Shown: positions 37,401 through 46,053 of the stretch, piece after piece | How positions within the stretch are numbered: the stretch's first letter is position 1 | Layout: each line of letters starts with the position of its first letter | Source of the DNA: Candidatus Poseidoniales archaeon | GTDB taxonomy: Archaea; Thermoplasmatota; Poseidoniia; Poseidoniales; Poseidoniaceae | DNA length: 64,000 nucleotides | Assembly: GCA_003602475.1 (NCBI GenBank) | Contig: QQSC01000006.1 | Location: forward strand, 32,116 to 96,115 | Reading direction: 5' to 3' | The notes under the pieces: generated by a model | Told to the model about the DNA's origin: nothing | The model's database searches: none | What the model saw: the letters and a program-made list of their open reading frames with translations, nothing else | Program-made: the position numbers and the translations under genes

Positions 37401-38115
37401 CGGAAGCGTAAGCGAGGTTTCCGCCGTTCAAGTACATCCCCCAACCGTAGTCGCCTTTCATGGCGATGAACTGTTGGCCCTCCAAGGCGTAAGGGAAGAC
37501 CCAAGCCGTGAGTGTTAGGTTGGCCGTCACCGATAGGTTGTCGTCATGTGGGACGATGACGTGATCGTTTTCACCATCAAAACGAAGCGAGAAATCAGCG
37601 CCTGGACCCACCTCTACGATACCGTAGACAGGGAAGTATTGTGGATTGTTTTCAAGATCGTTCCACGTTCCAGGCATGATGTTGCCCATGTTGGTGCTGG
37701 CGATGTGCACATAATCTTCATCACCGCCTTCAGACGGTTGGGCATCTCCCCAATTTCTGTAAAGAAACGGAGTACCGTCATGCCACCGGTATTGACCATC
37801 CATGTTGGCATCGTTCAGCCCCGTCCACAAATGCCTTGATTGGTTGTCGTACGATGAAAAAGTGTCGAACAACCAAGTGTTTTCAGCCTCGTCATCGACG
37901 GTGGTCAAAAATCCACCAAGAGAACGAGCAAAGGAAGCCGAATTCTCCCAGTCTGAAGCCGAGAGAAGGTGGTAGGTGTGGTTGTTGGCGGGATTGACCG
38001 CCGTATGAAGAACTTCCATCTCGCCTGCATTTGTGGATTGCCCGCTCGAGGCTCCCAGCAGGGGAGATGCGAGGCTGAGAAGGAAAAGAGAAACAAGCAA
38101 CAAGGCTTTCTTCAT
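34411..38115 (-). CDS. Giant multidomain surface protein (signal peptide, C-type-lectin-like, LamG, PPC-like repeats, EF-hand and TSP3-like Ca sites, TM, cytoplasmic tail)
   Basis: The signal peptide is MKKALLLVSLFLLSLASPLLGA. The CTLD reads WENSASFARSLGGFLTTVDDEAENTWL...WTGLND...YRWHDGTPFLYRNWGDAQPS...GTWND. The LamG-like region reads FDGENDHVIVP...LTLTAWVF. Three segments resemble the PPC (pre-peptidase C-terminal) domain. There is an EF-hand loop DANEDGVVEYRE and a TSP3-like run DGDGDGVPDEEDAFPDDPDESRDTDGDGVGDNAD. A TM (VIYTSFGVVFAILVIALLGMFV) is followed by a 138-aa tail. Confidence 0.85.
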   Translation of the reverse strand: MKKALLLVSLFLLSLASPLLGASSGQSTNAGEMEVLHTAVNPANNHTYHLLSASDWENSASFARSLGGFLTTVDDEAENTWLFDTFSSYDNQSRHLWTGLNDANMDGQYRWHDGTPFLYRNWGDAQPSEGGDEDYVHIASTNMGNIMPGTWNDLENNPQYFPVYGIVEVGPGADFSLRFDGENDHVIVPHDDNLSVTANLTLTAWVFPYALEGQQFIAMKGDYGWGMYLNGGNLAYASEYSLSRHPVSNLTVTVGEWNHVMVTIEDGVGGGFSINGHDAGNISAEEAMIPNGDFGSNDCFTEGDDCDEFYIGRMGAGCDCNHFGGLIDNVSVNGLQSQWMFSEGEGNLTTDNTGRQGTIIGADWVMPDGSIVAQAVELFQNEDYLAEELLEGSTYLFFTEIEAYTRSVQWNAFTFGDEDQFGSSYEVYVAFDRIPSEWDHDEVINTQWGYSYADWSWPEEGTMWFVLVPQSDMFDFNIFLQSQVADPPPTLDEMTELQESIAITNQELQGQGGWNGEVAANYYYVNVTAPLADLRIQTYGGRGDVDLAISSYSPPDPENGFSIGLPEPADDSSGENMGQSTVEEDWSTGQGNDEEVHLFNVEPGIYYITAYSWRNARQFTIVADFVYQPENVEPSDAIVLTPGVEYGLLSGYDGLSQYFKVNVSTGTERLVVDLNDGDGEAALYMRQEQAPTPSTFDHHSTMEGAEDRIAFNDPTPGWWYILLTTESAFTGVNIVAEFADRYVWDYDGTPIELYNDERLDGISTPEGETVSFFVNLEEPGNILQITTSGGSGDLQVQVEGQQYELDFFDGFFPGDLFTDGEETSGRQGRPNMEVDPQDVSITSGRTGTNHVVTIELPLNGRFDIHVTGISDSEEYSIVATWDRSDFPIEPVDPVLPEQPTSTDSCIEQAEREFAAQDLDESGLLETNELGMGPDDPITSVGPRILMMYDANEDGVVEYREYLQVNCACENELRTSFDALAIGQGSVALDVFEAHDWLNSYSFDLVNIDDNTRLSSDELELLIAVCETTYDAFDGDGDGVPDEEDAFPDDPDESRDTDGDGVGDNADFAASVSNDVIYTSFGVVFAILVIALLGMFVRSNNDSDPMATGKSWDDELRLEQAINAPSMTDLPLVEGSSTPLVESMPTASPYTTPTASPYDSPSVDANALNMNDDLISELTATSPAVVGSITGGPAPDPTLMGMMLDGVETVEFPPESGQLWIRTDMDAPWNRKEGF

Positions 38116-38193
38116 GATAAAAACCAACTGTCGCTCCCTTATCAAGGACTTGGTGAATTGTGAATCAGCCGTATCCACATGCATGAGGAGTGT

Positions 38194-41100
38194 TTACTGG
38201 AGTTTCTTTCCACCGATGCGAAGCTCGGTTTGGAGAGGCATTTGATGCTCCCAAGCAAACTCTTTGACAATTCGCCACGCTTTTTCGGACCCTTCGTAGT
38301 CCTTGACATCGATGACCCGGTTGCGGGTGTTGGCTTTGAACGCCGCCACGGGTTCAGCATTTCTGAACACCAAATAAGCGGATCCAAACCCAAACCGTTC
38401 TTTCATCACATCGGTGAAGTAAGGAGCGATAGGGTCGGATGGTGGCAACACAAAGTCCCGGATGGCCGGTATCGATTGGGCCTCCTGGAGGAGTTCTTTA
38501 CGACCCCAGCACACCTGATGGAAGTCTTCAATCAGGAACCCTTTGATGAGGGTCTCGTCTTCTTCAAAGTCGGTAAGCACCGCTTTGAGTTCCTCTGGCT
38601 TGAACGCAGCCCCTGCCAATTGAGTCAATTGACGCAAGGTCACGACGGGGAATTGTTCAACCAACTTACGGATGTACTCTTTTCGGAGTTCTGCGTGGTC
38701 AATGTTGCTCGGTATTGAAACGGTTCGGAAGCCACCCCGGAAGTCTTGGACAATGTGACCGCTTCTAATGAGGGGTTGGACCAACTTCCGGAACTCCGAC
38801 TGAGAGAGTGCATGCCGTTCCTTGAAGAGATTCGGGTCCGAGTGGTTGGTAAAGAACTCCACAATGTCCCACAATTCTTCATCATAGGGCACGTTCCGAA
38901 TCGCCAACATGTCTTGGAAATGCTCGTAAGAGGCCCATACCTGATGGCCTCGCAAGTTGGTTCCTTGGTGCAGCCGATTGGCTGAGGCCATGCTTTTGAG
39001 GTCCACCCGATACAATTCACAGCGCCCTCTCAGGGCAAAGTCGTCCCGGATTTCTGTCACACCTTTCATGGCGAGAATCTCATTCTCATGACGCGTGGTT
39101 TGGTGCAAATGGTGCTTGTGAAACAAAGCTCGCTCGGCGATTTCTCGCGGTTGAGGATCGACGACAGCCCCCCGAATCATCCGTTCTCCTGTCTGCTTGA
39201 ATCCGATGCCTTCCAAGGCAGCTCGAGTGACATCGTCAAGTTCCGTGATGGGGTCACCGTTGAAGTTGGAGAGCACCGAAACATCAACGAGTTGTGCTGC
39301 GTGATTGCTAAGGAGCAAATCGAAGGCAGAACAAAATTCGTCCAAATACGCAGTGGGCACTTGGATGTCCTTGATTTCAAGATAATCGTTGACTTTGAAC
39401 ATCAACACCTTTCCAATGGGGTCAACACCTTTGAAGATGGGCAGGTACCAACCCCGGTCCAGTTTGCTGCGCACTTCCCAGATAAACCGAGAAACGTAGG
39501 GGTCAGATTGTGTAAGAATTCGTACGGTGCGGTCCTCCCTACGGGGCAACTGCAGCAGTTCTACTTCCTCGTTGGTGCAGTAGAACGCTTCTGGTTCGGG
39601 GACAAGCGCCATCACTTTAGCGATTCTACCCTCTTTTTCCAGGTTCATTAAGGCGATCTGCAATTCTTCAAAACTGCGAGTTACGTAAAATCTGAGGGTG
39701 TTCGCCTTGACTGGACCCATGCGTCGAACGACCTCCACGAGAGCGTCTTCAAAGGACATGGTTTCGTATTCACCGTGGACCCTGTGGAACAACGAAAGCC
39801 GTCGTCGCCGTCCAGGGACTTCTTCAAATTGTTTTACCACCATCATTTGACGCTCAAGATTGCTCAAGGCGTTCTTGAGGTCCCGATGGAGGGATTTGAA
39901 CTCGTCCCCCTTGGGGTAACTGGCCATGATTTCTTGACGGGTGACGTTTTCACCAATCGGAATTTTGGTAAGAATTTCTTCCTCCATTGGTCCAATCCAA
40001 GGTTCTGGTTTCAACCCCAAGAGCATGGGAATGTTTTGTCGCGTGGTGTACCCGATGCGATTGTGAAGCAATCTTCCCATGATGACATCGGAGTCAAGTT
40101 GAACATCCTTCCAATCGCTGAAATTGAATTCATTGATCCGATAGAGCAACTCTTGCTGCTTTTGAAACAGAACATGATCGTTGAACGCTGCAAAAATATC
40201 GGCATCCATGGCGAACGATTTGTCAAGGACCAGATTCTGCACCCAGCGGTATTCAACAACCTCCTCTTCACCACCGGTTAAGCGGTGTTCGTCGACCTTG
40301 AGGATGTACTCGGCGTCGTCGGTTTGAAGGTAAAAGCCTACGGAAACCACACTTCGCGATTCCAAGTCGTGCAACACACGTTCGATGAGAGGTTTGGGAA
40401 ACGGCAGGCGATCGTTCAATTCATCGGAGGTTTTTGGGCCCTCCGAACCCAGCATTTCGATGAGTTTCACCCGAAGCGCCTCTTGAGGGTCACTCAAGGT
40501 TTTCTTTTCCCATTCGGTCGGCTTGGTACCAGAGAAACCCACGGCGATGTCGTAGGTGATCCCGTGCGTGTGCAAGTCGAGCAAGTCATCCGCCTCATCG
40601 CCTCCATGTACCGCCAAACAACCCAACGTAGCGTGAATTTCAGCCATATAAGGAGAAAACCACTTTCCGTCAAGTTCTGGTTGGCCGGTGTTGTCGATTT
40701 TGGTGATTTTGCCCTGTTTCACCAATTCCTCAACCCAACCATGAATCGTTTCGTGAGGGATGTTGGACATTTTCTCCTTGTAGAGCGGGTTGTTGAACTC
40801 CCGGTCAAGACCACCACCGTGGCTCATGAGTCGCATCAAGCCTTTCGCATCGGTTGGGACAGGCGCTTTGTCGGCGTAAAACGTATCGAGCTGTTCTCTG
40901 GACAACTCAGTTGCCAAGGAACGGGTACCCAACAGACGCTGGAGGATGGCGGGGTCAATGTCCTTGACCAGAAACGCCCGAGTTTTCATGGACATCAAGT
41001 CTTCAAATGCAGACATGAACAACGACATGCCGAGCCTTGACGGCACGACCACCTTGGTGTGGACGATACGAGCCTCACCAGCCGCACAGGCGCTGAGGAA

Positions 41101-43476
41101 GGTTTCCAAACCGATGAGGTCAATGTCTCCAAAGAGAATTTCATTTTTCGCTTCCCGCATTAGGAGGCTGTCCTCGGTGGTTCGATGCTTTTGCAGGAGG
41201 GCTTCGGCTCGCTGCTGGAACTGTTGAGGGCTGATTTCCTCTGAGCCCATCCTCTTGGGAATGATGAGCGAACGGCCAGCCACTTCTCTGAAGCGCTTGG
41301 CAAAAATTTGGGTGTTGATGACGTAGCGTTCAATCACGTCCATGTGGTCGTTGTTTCGGAAAGCGGCGTACATGGCGCCGGGATCAACTTCTTGCGTGGT
41401 TTTGAGGAGCAGCCCGTTCTCATCAAACGACATCTCGATGACACCGATGCTGTTGGCTTGTGCTAAACCCGCCATGAAGTAACCCAAAGCGGTGTTGAAT
41501 CCCCGACCACGGCAGGTGGTGATCATGTACGTGGGATGGGAGCCTGAGATGACTTGTTCAACCAAGATTCGTTGCGGATCAGGCACCTGAAAGGAATCCA
41601 AGGAATGCTCTTCAAGATGCCGAGCGATGGCGTTCGATACATCGTTGGACAAGCCGTAGACATCGCGCAACAACAGCCGGGGATCGATTTCCCGCCGAAG
41701 CGCCACCATGCAGTGACCGATGAGGTCTTGAAGGGATTTCGAGAGTTCACGACTCCGCGAACGCGCTTCACCTGACCAGGACGGAATGGTGGGCCGGTAA
41801 CCGGTGACGGAAGCAACATTGACACGGGTTCCCTGAATGTTGGTGACTCGGTAGGTGGAACCTCCCAACAGAATGACGTCACCTCCACGGAGTTTTGACA
41901 CAAACGAGCCGGATAATTTTCCGAGAATTGAACCTTCTGCGTTGAACACGAGGTAGGAGTTGTCGGGGGCAATGGTTCCAATGTTGGTGTAGTAGATCAT
42001 TCGGGAATAACCGCGTTTACCGTAGAGATTCTCTTCCCAATCAACCCAGACACGCCGTTCGTCCTCGAGCATGTCCAAGACCTCAATGAAATCGTCGTAC
42101 TCAAAATTACGGTACGACCAGGAATTTACGATGATTTCGTAGGCCTCATCAATGTCAAGTTGGTTGATGATGACCAAACCGATCATGAATTGGGCGACGA
42201 CGTCCAAGCAATTTTCGGGAAAATCGAGTCGGTCCATATCACCGGTTTGAATGGCCGCTTGGAGGGCGGCCAATTCCAAGAGGTCATCCACGCTTGATGG
42301 CAGGAATCTGGCCCGAGGTATGCCGCCCACGTGGTGACCTGCGCGACCAATTCGTTGCAAAGCGGTGGCGATGTCACCCGGACTTCCAACCTGAAGGACC
42401 AAATCCACCGAACCAATGTCAATCCCCATTTCAAGGGATGAGGAAGTGACGACAGCCCGAAGTTGACCGTGCTTCAATTTCTTCTCCACATCAAGCCGAA
42501 TGTTCTTGTCCATGGAACCGTGGTGACCTGCAACCAAATCACCCAAAAACGGACGAAGTCGCTGGACAAGGGTTTCTGTCATTTTTCTCGTGTTGGCAAA
42601 CACCAACGTCGTGTTGTGAGCGCTGATAAGATCGGCGATGGCTTCAATGTTGTATTCAAGGATCTTCATCACCGGCAGGTCGCTAAATTTCGGGTGGGTG
42701 ATGAGAATGTCAAGATCCAATTCCCTCGACCCTGAAATTTTGGCAATGGATACCTCTGTGGGTTGGCCCCGCGCCTCCCTGTCGTCGCTGCTGACCAAAT
42801 ACTCCGCTACTTTTTCGAGGGGCTCCATGGTGGCTGAGATGCCAATCCGTTGAACGGGATTTTGAAGCAAGGAATCCAACATTGAAAGCGTGAGTGACAA
42901 ATGAACACCACGCTTGGTGGGCACCATCGAGTGCAATTCGTCAATGATCATGTACTCCACTTCAGAAACGATGGGCTGGAACCTTGGTGACGTGATGGCA
43001 ATCGCCAAACTTTCAGGAGTGGTGATGAGGATGTGAGGCGGCGTCCTCAACATTTTTTGGCGTTCGTTTTGCGGTGTGTCACCGGTCCTCAATCCCACGC
43101 GGATGTCTTGAGCCCTGTCAGGCAGATAGCGCTCTTTAATTTCCTCCAAGGGTCCAATCAAGTTGCGCTGAATATCGTTGGCCAATGCCTTGATCGGTGA
43201 GATGTACACAGCATACACTTTTTTGTCCAATTTTTTATCCAAAGCCAAACGAACAAGACGGTCGATCACCGACAAGAAAGCTGTGAGGGTTTTACCCGAA
43301 CCCGTTGGGGAGCAAAGCAACAGGTGTTTCTGATCCATAATAGCTGGAATGGCCAATTTTTGAGGGCGTGTGAAGTCTGGAAACTTGTCTCGGAACCAGT
43401 TGCGCACCGGCGCACAAAGCCGGTCCAACAACACCTCAGTTTCGAGGGGTTCGTCCAAGTAATGAATTTCTGCCAT
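38194..43476 (-). CDS. lhr: Lhr-family large SF2 helicase, 1760 aa
   Basis: The N-terminus reads PVRNWFRDKFPDFTRPQKLAIPAI...CSPTGSGKTL (motif I). It also has IIDELH (motif II) and LQRIGRAGH (motif VI). The reading frame is long and uninterrupted. Confidence 0.9.
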   Translation of the reverse strand: MAEIHYLDEPLETEVLLDRLCAPVRNWFRDKFPDFTRPQKLAIPAIMDQKHLLLCSPTGSGKTLTAFLSVIDRLVRLALDKKLDKKVYAVYISPIKALANDIQRNLIGPLEEIKERYLPDRAQDIRVGLRTGDTPQNERQKMLRTPPHILITTPESLAIAITSPRFQPIVSEVEYMIIDELHSMVPTKRGVHLSLTLSMLDSLLQNPVQRIGISATMEPLEKVAEYLVSSDDREARGQPTEVSIAKISGSRELDLDILITHPKFSDLPVMKILEYNIEAIADLISAHNTTLVFANTRKMTETLVQRLRPFLGDLVAGHHGSMDKNIRLDVEKKLKHGQLRAVVTSSSLEMGIDIGSVDLVLQVGSPGDIATALQRIGRAGHHVGGIPRARFLPSSVDDLLELAALQAAIQTGDMDRLDFPENCLDVVAQFMIGLVIINQLDIDEAYEIIVNSWSYRNFEYDDFIEVLDMLEDERRVWVDWEENLYGKRGYSRMIYYTNIGTIAPDNSYLVFNAEGSILGKLSGSFVSKLRGGDVILLGGSTYRVTNIQGTRVNVASVTGYRPTIPSWSGEARSRSRELSKSLQDLIGHCMVALRREIDPRLLLRDVYGLSNDVSNAIARHLEEHSLDSFQVPDPQRILVEQVISGSHPTYMITTCRGRGFNTALGYFMAGLAQANSIGVIEMSFDENGLLLKTTQEVDPGAMYAAFRNNDHMDVIERYVINTQIFAKRFREVAGRSLIIPKRMGSEEISPQQFQQRAEALLQKHRTTEDSLLMREAKNEILFGDIDLIGLETFLSACAAGEARIVHTKVVVPSRLGMSLFMSAFEDLMSMKTRAFLVKDIDPAILQRLLGTRSLATELSREQLDTFYADKAPVPTDAKGLMRLMSHGGGLDREFNNPLYKEKMSNIPHETIHGWVEELVKQGKITKIDNTGQPELDGKWFSPYMAEIHATLGCLAVHGGDEADDLLDLHTHGITYDIAVGFSGTKPTEWEKKTLSDPQEALRVKLIEMLGSEGPKTSDELNDRLPFPKPLIERVLHDLESRSVVSVGFYLQTDDAEYILKVDEHRLTGGEEEVVEYRWVQNLVLDKSFAMDADIFAAFNDHVLFQKQQELLYRINEFNFSDWKDVQLDSDVIMGRLLHNRIGYTTRQNIPMLLGLKPEPWIGPMEEEILTKIPIGENVTRQEIMASYPKGDEFKSLHRDLKNALSNLERQMMVVKQFEEVPGRRRRLSLFHRVHGEYETMSFEDALVEVVRRMGPVKANTLRFYVTRSFEELQIALMNLEKEGRIAKVMALVPEPEAFYCTNEEVELLQLPRREDRTVRILTQSDPYVSRFIWEVRSKLDRGWYLPIFKGVDPIGKVLMFKVNDYLEIKDIQVPTAYLDEFCSAFDLLLSNHAAQLVDVSVLSNFNGDPITELDDVTRAALEGIGFKQTGERMIRGAVVDPQPREIAERALFHKHHLHQTTRHENEILAMKGVTEIRDDFALRGRCELYRVDLKSMASANRLHQGTNLRGHQVWASYEHFQDMLAIRNVPYDEELWDIVEFFTNHSDPNLFKERHALSQSEFRKLVQPLIRSGHIVQDFRGGFRTVSIPSNIDHAELRKEYIRKLVEQFPVVTLRQLTQLAGAAFKPEELKAVLTDFEEDETLIKGFLIEDFHQVCWGRKELLQEAQSIPAIRDFVLPPSDPIAPYFTDVMKERFGFGSAYLVFRNAEPVAAFKANTRNRVIDVKDYEGSEKAWRIVKEFAWEHQMPLQTELRIGGKKLQ

Positions 43477-43545
43477 TTTACGGCTCCACCTATGTCGGTG
43501 GAGCGCTGATGAGGCCTATTAAAAATTTATGCAAGGCATCCCTGC

Positions 43546-43860
43546 TTATGCCCACCGTGTTTTTTTGTTTCCCCACCGCTTGACCGTCTCGGTTTCAGGG
43601 CGTGGGGACGGGTGGAGCAAAGGGCTCACAAGGGCAAGAGGCGGCACCGACACCTCATGCAGTGCATCGGTTGGGCAGGAACCAATGCAGGACAAACACC
43701 CAACGCATTGTTCTTCAACAACCACGACGGGGCGTTTTTTGTGGCTCCTTCCTTCGGGATTGGTGGTCAAAGGAAGCAGTGCTTCAAACGGGCAATGATT
43801 GATGCACAAGTCACAGCCGGTGCACGCATCTTGCGCAATGGCCACCATGGCTTGACCCAT
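43546..43860 (-). CDS. 2x[4Fe-4S] ferredoxin-domain protein
   Basis: Two cluster motifs are present, CTGCDLCINHCP and CVGCLSCIGSCP. It lies 70 bp upstream of lhr on the same strand. Confidence 0.72.
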   Translation of the reverse strand: MGQAMVAIAQDACTGCDLCINHCPFEALLPLTTNPEGRSHKKRPVVVVEEQCVGCLSCIGSCPTDALHEVSVPPLALVSPLLHPSPRPETETVKRWGNKKTRWA

Positions 43861-43968
43861 ACCAAACCCTCGTGATGGTGGGCTATAACCGTGTGTATGC
43901 GCAAGAACGACGACTCAACTCGGTCAACTTCATAGGTCGGGTTCTGCAGCAAAAGACGGGGAGTCAGC

Positions 43969-45639
43969 ATGTCCGAGAGGGAACAACGGTTGGAACGACT
44001 CAACGGTATGCTCCGCCGACGGGGGTTCATTCTCCCGGCTTTTGAAATCCATGGTGGAGCCAAGGGGTTCTATGATTTTGGGCCCGTGGGGGGTCGGCTT
44101 CGTTCTCGAGTGAATCAAGCCTGGTTGGATCATTGGTTGCGAATGGGAAACATCGTTGAATTGTCGTGCCCAACGGTCACACCGTACGCTGTGCTGGAGG
44201 CCAGTGGACACGTCGGAGAATTTTCAGATTTCATGACGGTGTGCGGTTCATGCGAAGAAGCCAGTCGAGCGGATGTTCTTTTGGAGGCACACCACACCAA
44301 CCCGGACGCCCTCAAGATGGATGAACTTCAGAACCTCCTGGATGCATCCAAACCTGAGTGTCCAGCCTGCGCTGCAACTGAATGGTCTCCCGTTGAGGCA
44401 CAAAACCTCATGTTCAACACGACCATAGGAGCAGGATCCTCTGGCCGGCAAGGCTTCCTTCGTCCCGAAACAGCACAAGGCATGTTCACGTCGTTCAACG
44501 TGTTGTTTCGTCATTTTAGGGAGAGGTTACCGTTCGGGGCCGTGCAACTTGGCAAAGGGTACCGCAACGAAATCGCCCCGCGACAAGGCATGATTCGACT
44601 CAGAGAATTCAACATGGCCGAACTGGAATACTTCATCGATCCTGAAAAAAAGCCCGAACCGAACCTTGGGGACCTGGGTGACTTGATGCTTACATTGGTC
44701 GGTGAGGGTCAAGAACCCAGCAGCATGCGCCTTCAGGACGCCCTTGACACCGGACTTATCCGCCACGCAACCGTGGCTGAGTTCATTGGTCGCACCCATC
44801 GTTTCTTGGAGCATGTGGGCATTCATACCGATAAAATCCGATTTCGACAACACGAACAAGACGAAATGGCCCACTACGCCGTCGATTGCTGGGACGCAGA
44901 ACTGCACGGTAGTTATGGGTGGGTGGAATGCGTTGGCATTGCCCACCGAGGATGCTACGACCTTGAGGCACATGAGAAGGCTACCGGAAAAACACTTCGT
45001 GCAAGACGAGAATTTGACGAACCAAGAACCACGGTAATCGACGCTTGGACCATCAACGGTGCGACGGCTGGACCCGCATTCAAAGCCATGGCTGGGCAGG
45101 TCAAGAAGGCCGTGGAGGACCTCCCAAAAGACACGGTCTTCCCCTGCACTGTGATCATCGACGAAGGTGCTACCGTTGAGGTGTTGGCCGAACACGTCAA
45201 ACCCAATCAGAAAACGATCAAAGAAACCGGTGAATGGTACCTGCCCCATGTCATTGAGCCGGCTTTCGGAATTGATCGAATCATCTGGCATGTGCTTGAC
45301 CATGCCTACAAGGAGGACATCAAAAACGATGATAAGTACGTCAGGATGGAACTTTCCGATAAAATCGTTCCAGTGGACATGGCTGTGTTTCCTCTCTTTG
45401 AGAAAGATGGCATGGGCGAAAGGGCGTGGGCCATTCATCAACGTTTGTGCGCCACTCCAGGTTTGGTATCGATGTACGACGCGAGCGGCTCAATCGGCCG
45501 GAGGTATGCCCGTGCGGATGAAATTGGCGTTCCCCGTTGTGTAACCGTCGACCACCAGACACTGGAAGACGAGACCGTCACCGTCCGGTCCCGTGACACT
45601 GGTGAGCAAATCCGTGTCCCCATTGATGAACTGTGTTGA
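43969..45639 (+). CDS. glyS: Glycyl-tRNA synthetase (alpha2, archaeal/eukaryal type)
   Basis: The sequence RRGFILPAFEIHGGAKGFYDFGPVG...FLRPETAQGMF...GKGYRNEIAPR...REFNMAELEYF is present. The C-terminal part is the anticodon-binding domain. Confidence 0.95.
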   Translation: MSEREQRLERLNGMLRRRGFILPAFEIHGGAKGFYDFGPVGGRLRSRVNQAWLDHWLRMGNIVELSCPTVTPYAVLEASGHVGEFSDFMTVCGSCEEASRADVLLEAHHTNPDALKMDELQNLLDASKPECPACAATEWSPVEAQNLMFNTTIGAGSSGRQGFLRPETAQGMFTSFNVLFRHFRERLPFGAVQLGKGYRNEIAPRQGMIRLREFNMAELEYFIDPEKKPEPNLGDLGDLMLTLVGEGQEPSSMRLQDALDTGLIRHATVAEFIGRTHRFLEHVGIHTDKIRFRQHEQDEMAHYAVDCWDAELHGSYGWVECVGIAHRGCYDLEAHEKATGKTLRARREFDEPRTTVIDAWTINGATAGPAFKAMAGQVKKAVEDLPKDTVFPCTVIIDEGATVEVLAEHVKPNQKTIKETGEWYLPHVIEPAFGIDRIIWHVLDHAYKEDIKNDDKYVRMELSDKIVPVDMAVFPLFEKDGMGERAWAIHQRLCATPGLVSMYDASGSIGRRYARADEIGVPRCVTVDHQTLEDETVTVRSRDTGEQIRVPIDELC

Positions 45640-46053
45640 TGGTCTTCCATCAACAAACAGCTTGAACGAGCGTGTTCAACACGTCCCATGAGATTGGTTT
45701 TTTGAGCGACAACCCTGATTTGAATGAGGTCGTTGATGGAAGATTCATACGATGCTCAGTTTCCAAGGTTTTCCCATGGTTCACTTCCCAGACCCATGTC
45801 ATAAACCACCGGCCAACTAAACCTACAGATGGCTGAAGAAATGGCTTCGTGGTTCTCATCGCTGCACTGAAAACCACTCAAGAGTACTCCACATTCAATC
45901 AAGCACGATGACCGTTCGCGGACTTTTGACTTCGTTTGCATTCGGCTGTGGTTTCGAACGATGGCCTCCCGTTGGCAACATCGCCACCGTCAAGAGAGCC
46001 ACGAACGAGCTTCATGGTGAAGGTTGAAGAACCCTCCATTGGGATTGGATATC

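Noticed and set aside
44527-45441. A 304-aa minus-strand ORF. Similar antisense ORFs occur at 46630-47523, 51678-52913, 40285-41040, 28625-29506 and 4855-5550.
   Set aside because: All lie antisense to strongly supported genes (GlyRS, RFC, the TGase-like protein, Lhr, the purB region and the actin-like gene). All have non-protein-like composition. I treat them as shadow ORFs.
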